Source: Phoronis australis (lineage: Eukaryota; Animalia; Phoronida). Taken from it: a stretch of 64,000 bases of DNA. Below the pieces are notes generated by a model that saw only the letters and a program-made list of their open reading frames with translations, was not told the origin of the DNA and ran no database searches. The DNA is taken from NCBI GenBank assembly GCA_002633005.1, contig NMRA01000416.1:163597-227596 (forward strand). Direction: 5' to 3'. This document shows positions 1 through 12,954 of the stretch, piece by piece. The stretch's first letter is position 1, and each line of letters starts with the position of its first letter. The position numbers were made by a program, and so were the translations under genes.

Positions 1-2195
1 ATTTAGCATTGTTGTGAAAACCCACAATTTTTCCCAATATTGTCTGTCAGCAGCTATGGTACGGACTTGGACATGACTCTGGATTCTTGTGGTACTGTAC
101 ATTATTTATGAAAAAATAAGAAATATAATTTCACACGTGTCCTTATATTATTGTTTTATGCTTTTAGGGTTATTGTTTATTTTAATCATACTAGCCCAGC
201 TACATGTTGAACTGCCAGTACAGTGTTTTCAAGGAATGCCTCTTGGAATACATTAATGTTTAATGCCTCTAGGGCTGTCGATTGTTTATTTAAATTAAGC
301 TAGCCCAGCCACATGTTGACCTGGTGGGACTGTTATCAAGGAAGGCATGTGGGGGGGGGGGTGACCTATAAGCTTTCATTTGAACCAAATTCAAAAGGTT
401 TTGGTACAGCCTAGACTCTACATGGATAACTGAAGAACTGTATGGATGTGAGTTTTGAATTTAAAATTGTCTTTATGTTGATGTGATTGTTAAGTAAAAT
501 TACTTAGACTTCATTCATGAATCAGTAGTTTTGGTCTTACAAACAAAAGGAAGTTGTTTTTCTTACTGATTCAGCCAAATTGGAGGTTATAATGGTTAGG
601 GAAAAGTACAACACAGATTTCAACTGAGTTAACTGGGGTTGAGACCAGAATCAACTAGTTTCCAAAACGTTGTCAAGTTACATATGTAACCAGTCCTTCA
701 AAATAATCACTTAAATGAGACTGTAAAACTTAAAGTTTGTGTCAATTTTCACATATCTCTCAAGCTGTTTGATTCACAATAGTAACAACAAATTTTTACT
801 TTGGTTTAATGGATGGTAACTATTGGGCACAAAATAAGATTAGCATATTGTATATTTAACTAATGGTAGGTGTTTTAACTGCCATCACCTTCAGTCATAC
901 GCCAGTTCTCAGTCTGCAGTCAAACTACTGAACACAAGTTCAACTGTCTGTTCATACATGAGCAGAATAGCAAAAGTTCGTGCCTTTTTGCAGAAAGTGA
1001 AATGGCATTCATATTTAAGGTTTATGAATATTGAGTGACAATGTACTTGATGAAAGCCAGACACACTGCAGAGGTTATGAGGCAACAAGTTTAAGTTGAA
1101 AACACCGGAACAAATGGTGTACACAGCATCTCAAGGTTGGTTAGAACAAACATGGAAGCAAACAAGAGCGATCATCCCATATGATCCCTATGGAACACCA
1201 CTGATTGCTGTAATGCAGATTAGTCTGGAGTACAATGTGGTTAGAATGTCCACTAGTAGGTTAAAACTGGATAACCTCTGTAGTTGTTCTTTTCAACACC
1301 ATGGTAATATTGTAAAATGGAAAGGTATAATTTATGTTTGATGCCTTAGATAAATGAATGTTATTGGATGATATCGTTACAGTCGAAATATTGCAAATTT
1401 TAACATAGGCCTACAAGTTCAATGATAGCCCATTCAGTAGACTGATGTATCATGAAACCATATTGGGAAGCAAAAATAGTAATCGATGAAGTATTCGACA
1501 GTTTTCAAGTATTTTAGATGAACATGGGAAAAATAAATATGTTTATAATTGTTAAGAGTGATTTTTTTTCACTTGAGAAGTAATGAGGTAATTTAAAATA
1601 AAATGCTTAAATATGCTCAACATGCTGTTCTAAGCATGCCTTTCCATGGAGGAAAGTCAGATTTCATGGTTTTCTCCACTGGCATTAGACATATTTTGCG
1701 CCATATTCAATGCTAATAAACACCCCGTTGTGCGCGTTTCAATGCTCTGTGTTGCTGTTGTTAGTTTAGTCAGGTAAATAATATCATTGTTGCAATTATT
1801 ATAGATTTTATCATGCATTAAGAATAAAACATCTCAGTATATTGTAATTAAAGCTTGCATACATTCAAGTTGTTCTCTCTAGATACAATTTTGATTGTAA
1901 TACAAGTATTATTACTAACTGCCACTGTCGACACCTTTATAGGTTCTGTTATTCATTGTCATGTGATTTTGTTTTCCTTTCTAGTCATTATACATCAGAC
2001 TGAAAATTATCATGTTAAATCCAATGTGCAGCTGATTGTGTATTTTCTTGTTTTAACAAGCGGGCATGCAATAAAAATTATGTATTTGTCAAGGGCATTT
2101 CTGCATTAAATTATTCGTGCCACAATTCAAGTATGTTGTAGTCTTGCAGCAATATTTTTTTTGGTGGTTCGCAAAAACTTCTATATAACCCCATG

Positions 2196-2480
2196 AAGAT
2201 GTTTGCGGCAAGCTTGCAGCAATGTGTGCGGCTGGGTTGCAGGAACTGTTCCATATAAGGACATAGAGATGTTTGCGGCAAGCTTGCGGCAAACTTCATT
2301 TGCATGGTAAAAGTTTGCTGCATGTTTGCGGCAAGCATGCGGCAAGCTTGCGGCAATGTTTGCGGCTGGGTTGCAGGAAATTTGCATCCACTCTTTGGTC
2401 AGAGTTGATTCTACGTGTTTGCGGCTGGTTTGCAGAAACTTTTGCAGCAAGCTTGCCGCAAGTTTGCGGCAAGTGTTTGC
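2196..2480. repeat. Degenerate minisatellite of TTTGCGGCAAGCTTGCGGCAA-like units
   Basis: Repeated semi-palindromic motif read directly. It accounts for the low-complexity ORFs 2089..2579. Confidence 0.8.
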
Positions 2481-4296
2481 ATGAAGGCCTTTTTTTGGTA
2501 TGGATGCCCTTGATGGTACGTGAAGAACCACTAAACGAGGTACTGTATTAACATATTTTGGTATTCTGGGACCGACCACCTAAGCTCCATTAATCTGTAG
2601 CTGAGTGCTTGGTCGACTGTGAGGACGGTATGTTCCTGTCCAAAATAGGACGATATAGCCATGCATCTCTTTACAACAGTATTTAAAAGTCATGCTGTTA
2701 CGTTTACAATACTTTTATGTCTTATCTAAATAGTGAGATGTTCGCAAAAAACATTGATAATTCCGATTTCTAATTTATTTTTCAGGCTTTATTAATGAGC
2801 ATTTGTAACTTAGTGAAGATGAAATAAGCTTCACATGTGTCATAATGATTTTTCTAGACCTTCACAACATTGGTATAAACACCTTATTTGTCACATTTGC
2901 CCGCAAATTCATAAAGTTACACCAAAATTTGAATTTTTCGGTAATGGCAGAAGGTAATTAGCATAATTGAGGAATTTAATGACTTTCATTAATTTGTTCT
3001 CAAAATTAAGGGATCTAAATACACTACACTGTGTTTTTGTAGTAACAATTTCACAATTATTTGTCACATATTGCACTCCTGGTCTCAAGAATGTTTCTTA
3101 TCTTGTTGGTTTGGCGGCCATTTTGTTTATGCAAAAACTCAGAATCCAGCTTGGGAACAGGCATACGATCGAAATCAGCACACCACAATTATGCTTAAAA
3201 GATTAGGTGCTCCACTTTTACTAAAAAATGCCTCTAACATGCACATTCCCCAGAAATGCGTCTAGAATATACCGACATTTTAAGCGACATTCATCAGTGC
3301 ACTGATGAAAAAGTGTGACAAAGACTGATCTGATTGGCTGTCTTCCATTTTCAGTGGAACCACCCCACTTTAGTTATGACAATTAATGTGACAAAATTGC
3401 GACCTCATTAGTGCTCATGCCTTTCACTCTTGTGTAGTTGTGCATTTTAGTACTATTTCTGTGTAGTTTACCACTATTTACTTACATTTAATTTACTAAA
3501 GTGTTGCCGGAGACATGATCTCCTTGTGGTTCCCTAGATATAATTTTTTGAGTTTACAACTATGCTTGTGGATTGACTTTTGACCTCAGTCCTGTTTTTG
3601 CATTTGTTTTCCCCAATACAGTCTCTTTATTTTTGGTGCCATTTGGTTGTGTCTCTTGTGTTATTCACCTCTCCTTATAATTTCCACAACGTTGACATTA
3701 GATAGAAAATACATAACAGATGACAACCTTTCTGTATTTACAGGACATGTTACCAGGTAATCTTCTTATCAGACAGCCAGGAAATGTTGATTGGTCAAGG
3801 TTTTGCTTCAGCTTTTGTAACATCATAAAATGTAATCTTCGCTGTTAAATTTGCTTTCGTCCACTGTATGAGTTGTGTCAATAAGGTCCCACACAACCTT
3901 ACTAAAGACACTTGTCACATGCAAATATCTCTAAAATAGTTACCAAAAAAATTACCAAATAACTTTTTCAGCAAAAAATTAAAAACTACAACACTATATA
4001 TTTTTTAAATCCTTGATAGTAACAGAATCGTACTATGTGCCCAAAGTTAATACCAGAATGTTGTAATTATGTGGTGACATTTAAATAAAATCAGATTTTT
4101 CAACTGTTCACATGCAACTTGCAATTAGTCTAGCTATAAAAGCACGTCTGAGATTTTAGCTAGAGATGTCAACATTCCTTTCACCTATGGCTTTTCAGAG
4201 CCACACTTTCAGGCTAGAAGTCCTTAAAAGAAAACCCAAGGACACGCTTTTTTAGCAAACAGAATAAAAAAATTGCGTTTTTGAAGAAATCAAGTA

Positions 4297-6119
4297 CCGT
4301 ATTCGCCGTAATAACCGCCCATGCCCCTATAAGCGCCCCCCCCACACGTTCTCAGACTTTGCTGAAATAAGCGCCCAGTCCATGAACGTGTACATGCGAA
4401 CAATGACGTACCTACGGTCCTAAAACTCGGCTACAGTAACATCTTCCAATTTATCAAAAAAGTTTTGCAAGGGTCATCTAGACCACCAGCGGTACTGCTA
4501 CGTTTGTATTTAGCCGTGACTATACACTTCAAAGTAACGCAGCGCTTCAAAAAGAACGCAACAGCGTTGCTACTCTCGCAACGACCATGTCCCACTATGG
4601 TCTGACCTTTCAGTAGACACATCGACTGTCTCATGAATAAAAATAACTTGGTGTTAAACGCACATGGCCAGGAAGCGTGCGCTACATACATGAATCTGTC
4701 ATCCAAGACATGTTTGCGTTATTTTTTTACATGGATTGTTGGATTAATCATAATTGGTGTTTTTAAGCCGAATATCCGATAAAATGACAACTGACAGTGA
4801 ATGCTTGCACACCCTTACACCGAAAAATAACTGTCAGATAGTTATGTACGCATCCAGCTACACGGCGACTAATATGGGCCTTACTGAGACAAATGTCGAA
4901 AGTTTTTAGCACGAGACCGGCAAGTGCTGAATGAAACACGCTCTGGTTTAGGCCTACTGCTTGTGCAAATTTCTTTAGACACATTGCACATCAAGCTCGT
5001 TAGATTGCGTGGCTCTGGCCAAAAGACGGTCTCTGCTTTGGCAATTGAACTCTGGTGACACGCACGCGCTCGCTTATTCGCAGACGAACTTCAAAACAAA
5101 CGTCACGTGACAACGACATTTATGATCGACATATGTCCCGAATAAAGATAAATGATACGTGCGTCGCAAGCTCGTTACCAGAGATGAAAAGGAGACCGAG
5201 GTAGGCGATATAGGTCATTTATTATGACTAATACAATTACAATATAATGAATACAGGTAAATAACGTATAATAGGTAATCTCTGGTAAGATGGGCAATAA
5301 AAAGCGCTGGCCACGTGGAAGTACGAGAAAATGACGAAAACTGGGAGGAAGAGGGTGGGAAAAGTGAATGAGTTTTGACGTATGACAATGTGGCCGGAAC
5401 AAGGTGAACTGAAAGAGAGGTTACAATAACAAAGAAAAACGCCCCTAAAGACACGTGACAATCGTCAGCCTATAAGAGCCACGTGATAACAGCAGACCAC
5501 TCCGAAGGCTGGGAAACGACGTGTAGTCCTGCACAAAGGGATAATGGAATAGACCGAGATGAGGGGGAAAAGGAGTAAGACGAGTCCATATGCTCACATA
5601 TTTAACGAGTGAAATACATTGTGTGTTCATCCAGACATTTTTTCTCGCCGTGTTGCCGATCGTAGATGTCACGATGTTGCACAGACTTGTACTTAAGCCT
5701 GCCGTTAATCCAGAATACACGGAAACTTAAAAAAAAATCTTAGGGACGCTACTTAGAAAACTTAATGAGGATTTCAGGTAATTTTGCTTGAGTCGAAACT
5801 GTTTTTATTCAAGCATTGAAGTCGCCATATCGAAGACGGCGATTTCGAGGCAGTCAGTCGGTGAGTTTCCGCCCTGGGATTTCAGCACAATTTTCTGTAA
5901 AATGATCGTAATTTAGCAGCAAAGTTTTGATAGCAATGCACCACAGTTTTGTTGGAAGTCTTTCACAGATTAGATACGTCACAGAGCATAAATTTCGTGA
6001 ATCTTAGCTTCCGATTTCACCTGTTTCGGAGACCGGGTTTCAACCGCCTTGGGTTATAATAAGCGCCCCCTGAACCGAACTTTTCTAAGCACCCTGGGCG
6101 GTTATTATGGCGAATACGG
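4297..6119. mobile_element. Non-autonomous Tc1/mariner-pogo-type element with TA target-site duplication
   Basis: TA|CCGTATTCGCCGTAATAACCGCCCA ... TGGGCGGTTATTATGGCGAATACGG|TA gives 25-bp TIRs with one mismatch. No transposase ORF. Carries a 500-bp insertion at 5117-5619. Confidence 0.85.
5117..5619 (-). mobile_element. Solo A-B unit of a putative split-direct-repeat (Ngaro/PAT-like) tyrosine-recombinase retroelement
   Basis: Bounded by CAT at 5117-5119 and 5617-5619. Absent from the homologous host-element copy at ~11430. The same two halves occur in swapped order at 48345-48838. Confidence 0.65.
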
Positions 6120-6230
6120 TATATAAAAATGCCACAAACTCCATGAAAAATCAAGATTTGTGAGAAAAACACAATCGTGATTACAAACCATTGGACACAG
6201 CTTTCTAACAAATAATAAGATTCTGTGATA

Positions 6231-6644
6231 AGGCCAGTCTTATCTTTGTTTGCCCTTACTCGACCCCACCTTTAACATCTGGGTAGTTAAGTTAAGGTAG
6301 GGAAAATTTCTTTATAACTTCATTCATCAATTTTGCAACTATTCCTCAACCAATGAGCCATGCCTTCATCAAGAGTCTTTAGAAATTAACAACTCACGTT
6401 TGAGATTTTGTTGAAGGATTTTTGCTCTGTTTTTGTAACAAAACAACCAAGTTTCCAGGAAGGACTTATTGACTTATTCCTGGGCTGAGTCATCAATCAA
6501 GTGAGAAATTCATTATAACACTTTGTGTACAAAAATAAATAAAGTCAGAAGAATTTCTGTGAATAACATTTTCTGAGTAGGCGGGATTTGAGCAGGTCAG
6601 TCAGGTAAGGGCAAACGAACTTAATTTTAATTTAAATTAGGCCT
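6231..6644. mobile_element. MITE with imperfect TIRs
   Basis: The left end AGGCC...GTTTGCCCTTACTCGACC mirrors the right end GGTCAGTCAGGTAAGGGCAAAC...AGGCCT. Confidence 0.55.
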
Positions 6645-6798
6645 CATCGAGAAATTCAAAAATACATAGATTATGTGTTTAATATTAATACTAAAATCCT
6701 TCAGGTAATGAAGGTAGCCCGGTCGTCATTACTCTAACCTTATTTTTTTACCAATACCTCGAACCAGGTCATAAAAATCTGCATTATGTTGCACTCAC

Positions 6799-6899
6799 CT
6801 ATGACGTAAATCTGATCTTTATACACCACAGCACCCATCCAAGACTTAGGAGAGGACATGGGTCTCAGAGAAGTCCACTGATCCAATGAAGGGTCATAT
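6799..6899 (-). CDS. Kelch-like gene, coding exon 4 (not in the ORF track); downstream exons not found
   Basis: Acceptor tttcatttAG at 6901-6900 and donor G|GTGAGT at 6798. Translates (R)YDPSLDQWTSLRPMSSPKSWMGAVVYKDQIYVI(G), a typical kelch blade. Its phase-2 start matches exon 3. Confidence 0.85.
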
Positions 6900-7349
6900 C
6901 TAAATGAAATTTTAATGTCCTTACAAAGAAAGCATCATGAAAGGCTGAAGGCCCGTAAGCAGCAAGCAATTTGTCTGCAACATAAAGGTATTTGTCAGGG
7001 AGTATTTGCAGCAATGCTGTACTGTCGACATAGCGCAATTAACAAGGAGCAGCTGACATTGCAGTTGAAAATAGTCAAATCTAGTTCAGCACAGTGCATA
7101 GCTTTTCATAGTACGAGACGGAGGTGAGACAAGGAAACAACAAAAGATGGTTGATGTTTGGAGCAGTAGTGGCTGCTTGTGTGACACATAAAGCAATGGT
7201 TGAAACAAGAGCTGCACTGCAGAGCATTGGCATACACCCACCATGCATCGCGTACAGCACCAATACATACACAAAACATACAAAGAGTGCCGTACATGAA
7301 GTAATATCCCACGAGACATTCTCCTGCGTATTGACCAAGACATGTTCTC

Positions 7350-8315
7350 CAGTGGCGGATCTAGGATATCGCAAAGGGGGGGCCCAACATTTTGTCCGGC
7401 TGTAAGCATTTGCGCAAACCATGATTGTAGATGCGCATAGCACCGAATGGGGGGGGAGGTCAGGAAATTTTTCTATTTTTTCCTCTAAAAATCAAGCATT
7501 TTCCTTGATTCCTGAAGTGTTATCCAAGAAAAAAGGCAAAAAAAAAACGTAGAACGTGTCAAACAGGAAAACTGCAAGATACAAGAGACTCGAACTCACA
7601 ACCTGGTGAATAGAGCGCGCATGCTTTACCACTACACCACCACGACTTAACTACTGATCATATACTAAGAGACCTACTTGTTTATGGTCCATAGAGTTTG
7701 CGCGCGAAACCTACTTCTTTTTGTAATGTTATTACATGTTTTATATTTTGTGCAATCGGTTCTTAACAAATTTGTTGTATTTAAAATAGTCTTCAAATTC
7801 CCAAAAGGCCAAATCTGTTTTTCGTGTTGGCAATTGCTTTGGAAATCGTCTTAAGTTAAGGTTTGACAAAGAGAGAACTATTAGTTTCTGAGTGATTCAC
7901 TAAGGCTTCGATTAAAATTCACATCTTACCAGCAGCTTCTGTTTTTACATCGTCAATCAGGTTCCATTTTCTTTAAAAAATGAAGTAAATTTTCTTCATT
8001 GCACAGTGGAGCAGACGATGGAAATGGAGTCGTAGTGCGTAGCGCCACTGCCAGTCGCCTGGGATATCGCGGGAGAGCCTATATTTAGCCATAGTTCCGT
8101 TACGAATAAGCCGTGTTCCGAATTTGACACTTGAAATTGGATCTGAGCCCCCCCCCAAACACTAAAACTGCACACATTTAAATGTTGTTTCATCCGTATA
8201 ATTTTAATTACCGGGGTTAATTAATAAACTCAACCTTTCCCTACGCTCTTGCTGTTTTATTTCTTTTGCGGCAGCCAAGGGGGGGGGGGCGGGCCCCNCC
8301 CTAAATCCGCCTATG
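7350..8315. mobile_element. CAGTGGCGGATCTAGG-type non-autonomous TIR element containing a tRNA-like segment
   Basis: Left end CAGTGGCGGATCTAGG and right end CCTAAATCCGCCTATG. The body is shared with 34275-34625 and 35737-36345. A-box and B-box tRNA-like sequence on the minus strand at ~7585-7645. Confidence 0.7.
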
Positions 8316-9136
8316 ATCTCGTTGAAATAAAGCCACTGGTTGTGAAAATAGGGATGTTGTGTTCGATGCAAAGTAAAAACCGTGCTATCCGATGTTCCTA
8401 TAAGGGGTTTTTACCAACACACTTTCGTGGTTTAGAGTTCGAAGAATTTGTCGCAAGGCTCTTGCCGACACTTACAGTGAATCAGTGATCCCAAAGCGAC
8501 TTCTACATTTGAAAGCAAACCTTACAGTTTTAAAAATCATTTAGGTAAAGTAAATTACATGAGGGCACTAGCCTGAGCTGTGAATGCTTTATTGAAATTT
8601 CTTAAAAGTTGAGGGGGTCGCTTAGTCGAATTGGGTCCTTATTTCAAAGTAGGGGATAGCCGCATAAATGAGTATGGTCATTAACCCAAATGTTCACGAA
8701 GTTTGAATAAGAAAGATTATCATAAATACAGTTTTGTGCGGCAAACTCTGCCTACGGCGTAACTGTGTTGGCCAACCTGATTATACAAACAATAGCCATA
8801 CATTGCTCCATTTACTCCCGTCTCTAAAAAACAATGCTGTTTGCTAAATCATCAAGGCTACATTTTGTGCGGACATTTTGGTGAATTAACGTAGTTGTTT
8901 CCCGTTTCACGCACTGTGTGATATGTGTAATGTTTCATTTTCGTGCTGTTAACATTCCCTTTAAATGAGAAAAGGAGCGATTTGAGTTTCTCCAAGCAGC
9001 CGCAGTGTGATACTGTCGTGAGATAAAGTAATCAGGCCAACTTTCAAGAAAAATAAATTATGTTTTCTCCCAAAAAGTTGATCGTTTCAAGAATTAGTAG
9101 ATCATAACATCGTTGTTTTATGACATTTTAATATGG

Positions 9137-9510
9137 GTGGGGAAATTCCATTTGCGATGGACGTCCAATCAGAGAATATTTAGATCAATTGTGAAAAAAA
9201 ATTCATCCTAGGAAAAAAATTAATACATCAATTCTTAAGTCTCATTGATAGCTTCAAACCATGTACTAACTACTCTACTATCTTTTTATTTGAATGAGAA
9301 AATTGCCTTAAAAGAGGTGTGACCGACATATGCAGAGAATTTGAATTTTTGAAAAAAAATTTGATGTCAATTTTCTGTGACTTGCATGAAATTAATTTTT
9401 TGTTTTATATGATTTAGAGGAATGTTTGTAAAGAACAACATTCTAATTTTTTTTGGTAATATCTTCTTAGAAACTTTGTCAGACAACTCTATGTAAGGTG
9501 AGTGTGACGG
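9137..9510 (-). repeat. Terminal fragment of the GGCAATTCCATTTGTGACGG dispersed repeat family
   Basis: Diverged reverse complement of ~33620-33997 and ~45520-45897. Confidence 0.65.
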
Positions 9511-10284
9511 AAAAAAGCTCTGATTTTCTAGTATTATTTCTAGTATTAAATTGTTTGTTGTGGCTAAGACATTAATTCAGAATACTTCAAACTTCAGTAT
9601 TTAAGCTATGGTCTTCTACAAATAATAACGCTTTTTTAATCAATTAATCTCTTGCACGAAATCAACACCTGAGGTAAACCCAAGCTTGGAATACTTTAGG
9701 ATTTGAACTTTTCAACACATATGATTAAATATATGAAACAACTTCCTAAAATTCTTACTTCTATTCCAAGATGGTATACAACTTGGATGGGAATGAGTTT
9801 GATAATAATTTTGTATTTGACACATGTGGTATCACAAAAAGTATTTTTATGGGTTAAGTAGAATACAAATTCAAAACCTTTTAATAAGTAATATTTTGTA
9901 TGCGACTATTCAAAATCTAAAATGTGAAATCAATCATAAAACATTGACTGCGTTTTAAAAAATTATTTTTTAAAATAAGACTTGCCCTATTAGCTTGTAC
10001 AAACTTGTTGTCTGAGCCATGATTCCCTGATAGTTCTGATGCATGTCCATGTTAATATTGAAAGCGATATTCAAAAAGTATTAGTAACAGGACTTAAGTA
10101 TCTTACAACAAAGTCTGAAGCAGACTATAAGTTCAGCATGGTACAGTTGACAACACTGACTTATGTTTTGAATCTAAACACTGGTACTGTCTTACAGTGT
10201 GAAGGCAGACATTAAATTACATTAAATTTAGGACTATTGTCAGAATAAATATTGATTAAGTACTTACTACATGTAGATTCATTT

Positions 10285-12650
10285 TAAATTGCCCAAAATT
10301 TGTGCATAAGTACTTTAAATCATGTAGGGGTCAAACTTTTTGACATGTATTTTAACGTCAAGATCTCTTTTTAGATGATGTTTACTACTTTGGTTCTGGG
10401 GTCAAAGCACCCTAAAGATTCTAGAAGTTTCTGAGAGAAAATCGTAATAGCCAATGATACGATTGGATATGATCAAGTGGTTTCTTTAAGGCAATCATAT
10501 AATTTGGGCTGAAATTAGCAAAATACTCAGATGAGCTATAGTAGTTGAAACTAAAAGACTAATTGCTACAGAGAAGAGAGGAAATTGTACAACAGAGCCA
10601 TCTCGTGGAAGATTCTAAAGAGTATCTTGGCAAGGGCAAGGGTTAACAAACAAGAAGTTAAGAGCTTGTCACTTGCATTATGGGTAGTAAGATGATGCCT
10701 GCAAGTGTTGCGTCACGAAAGACTCATGTCCTGAACACATCCACTACAAGAAACTGTAGGAACACTGCATTTATCCACCTTTACTCTTATCAGGCTTCTA
10801 TTGGGAGTCAGCATGCGTGAATAATTGGCTGATAAGCCACCTCTGGAACTACTTTTGACTGAATGGATGACCAGGCCATAAAATGATAATTATCCAAGAC
10901 CAGTTACTAATGCAACAAAGAATAATGTCATAGCATCACCTAGCCTTGGTAGAAAGCTGTATAATGTATTGGCTCTAATAAACGCTTAGAAAAATTCATT
11001 TCACGGGGAGGGGACGCTCATTGTAGCCTTAACGGCAGTTGAAACCCGGTTTCCCAAACGGGTAAAATCGGAAGCTAGAATTCATCAAATTTACGCTCTG
11101 TGACCTATTTGTAGCCTATGACAGTCTTTCTACAAAATTGTGGTGCATTGCTATCAACTTCCGTTGTTAAATTACGATAATTTTTCAAAAAATTGTGCTC
11201 ATCACAGGGCGAAAACTTGCCGAATGATGCGTCGCTGAATCGCGATCGTCAATAGGAAAACTTGAACTCTTGAATAAAAATATAGTTTCGACTCAATAAA
11301 TTACCTGAAATCTTCCTTATGTTTTACAATTTTTAAAGTTCAAGTAGAGTCCAGATTAATTGCGATTAAGTCCAAATCTGTGCTACATCGTACCCCACAA
11401 CACGAGAAAAATCTCTGGATGAACACTCATGTTGTTGTCACGTGACGTTTGTTTTGAAGTTCGTCTGCGTATGAGAGTGAGTGAGCGTACGTGTGCAAGT
11501 CATCGACGACAGACTTTTTTGTTACAAAAGGCAGAGGATTATGCAAGAAAATGGCGTTTACTAGATTGTTTTTAACTTAAATGGATGCAACGTGCAATGT
11601 GAGTGCTGGTTAACTCACAGATTTTGTGTGCACAGGCCGACGGTCGTTAGCTCTACCGTGGAGTATTAATAGTCCAAGGCTTGATCTACATGTTAGGGAC
11701 GAGGTGAACTACCTGGGCTGTGTGAAATTTCTGGGTCTAACGGAGACACTGACGCAGTGGTCAGCCAGCTCGCTGTATCACGACTATAGTCAAAATCCAA
11801 ATTCGTTTTATCGTGTCCCTGTCAATAATAACGGCATGCTAAAGTTTCTTAATTTTCGTACTTCAGGAACATAACAATCATGTGTTTTGTACATACGCGC
11901 ACGCCGCAGATCACACCTCGGAAATTGCCGATTTGACGGATGACAATGAATGAGCGCAATGAAATTAAACAACGACCTTTTACAGCTTGTAAGATTCATA
12001 ATAAACGTATTTTGAATATTGCAATGCATGTGTTCCAAAATCTAAATAACTTGGGTCCTATATTTTTGTATTCGTGCGCGCCGAATGAAAGTAATCGTGA
12101 GTGTTGCTGTATTGCAAAATCTCTTATCCTGGGCCGATTTGAAAAATTCAAAGTTGTACTCATATTTGTTTTCGCTCCTCTTTTCAAATATTACAGTAAA
12201 AACTACGTAAAACTCTCTCCATGAAAAGTACAGTCTGCTAACTAGATTGTAATCAGCTGATCATATCCGCATGAGCGAAGCCAATTATCCTCGCTCGTGA
12301 CTCGATGAATAGAGCAGCTTGGCGGCATCCCTTTGATCGTGAGCCGAGCGCGACTCGGCCAAGGTGGATAAATACGGTCTAGTTCAATTTTCCAAACCCC
12401 ACCATTTACCTTGACCATTGGGGTTAGGACCAATCTTATTTAGTGGGAATGTTTATAGCATGCTGGGACCAGCAAGTACACTGTCGCAGTACAGTGTGTA
12501 ATAGTTGGAAGATTTACCAACAGGACTGTCATCCAACAAGTGTCAAGTCCTGCAGTTTGGATAGCAGATAAGACATTATAATTGATTGAAGTAATCTTTA
12601 CACAGGGCGATAGCGTAGTTACTCTTCTTCATAGTTGATTACTTAATTTA
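10285..12650. repeat. Left arm of an inverted repeat, interrupted by ~1.7 kb at 10726-12466
   Basis: 10285-10725 and 12467-12650 are reverse complements of the contiguous block 21908-22610. Confidence 0.75.
11033..11496 (-). mobile_element. Internal fragment of the 4297-6119 element, inverted and lacking the 500-bp insertion
   Basis: Reverse complement of ~5060-5119 joined to ~5620-6050, with the empty site GAACACTCATGTTGTTGTCACGTGACG. Confidence 0.8.
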
Positions 12651-12954
12651 CAACAGGCTTCACATGTTTTATGACTGGATTTAATCATTCTCTCTTCATC
12701 TGCGCACCATCTCAAAGCACAGCTACCTTTTAAATAAACCCAGAGTCAATTTCTGACAATTATGATTTAGAAATATGCCAAGCTAATAAAATTATCAGAT
12801 CCTGGTCCTTATTAGTGGCAACAGCTTGATTAGCTTTTCAATTAACATTTTAATTCATGTCTTCTTTACAATTTTAAAGAGACACATCATAGTTCATGCA
12901 GATATAAGTATGGCTATTTTTTTCAAATGAGACTATCTTAGTTAGTCTCAAAGT

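Noticed and set aside
2089-2579. Overlapping ORFs or a CRISPR-like array
   Set aside because: This is a degenerate minisatellite without unique regular spacers or cas genes, in a eukaryotic context.
3300-3366. Minus-strand GGSTENGRQPIRSVFV as the next kelch exon
   Set aside because: There is no AG acceptor at the required position and no downstream YD/W motif.
7585-7645. Functional tRNA gene
   Set aside because: The anticodon arm differs between the three copies, the cloverleaf is incomplete, and it is embedded in a repeat.
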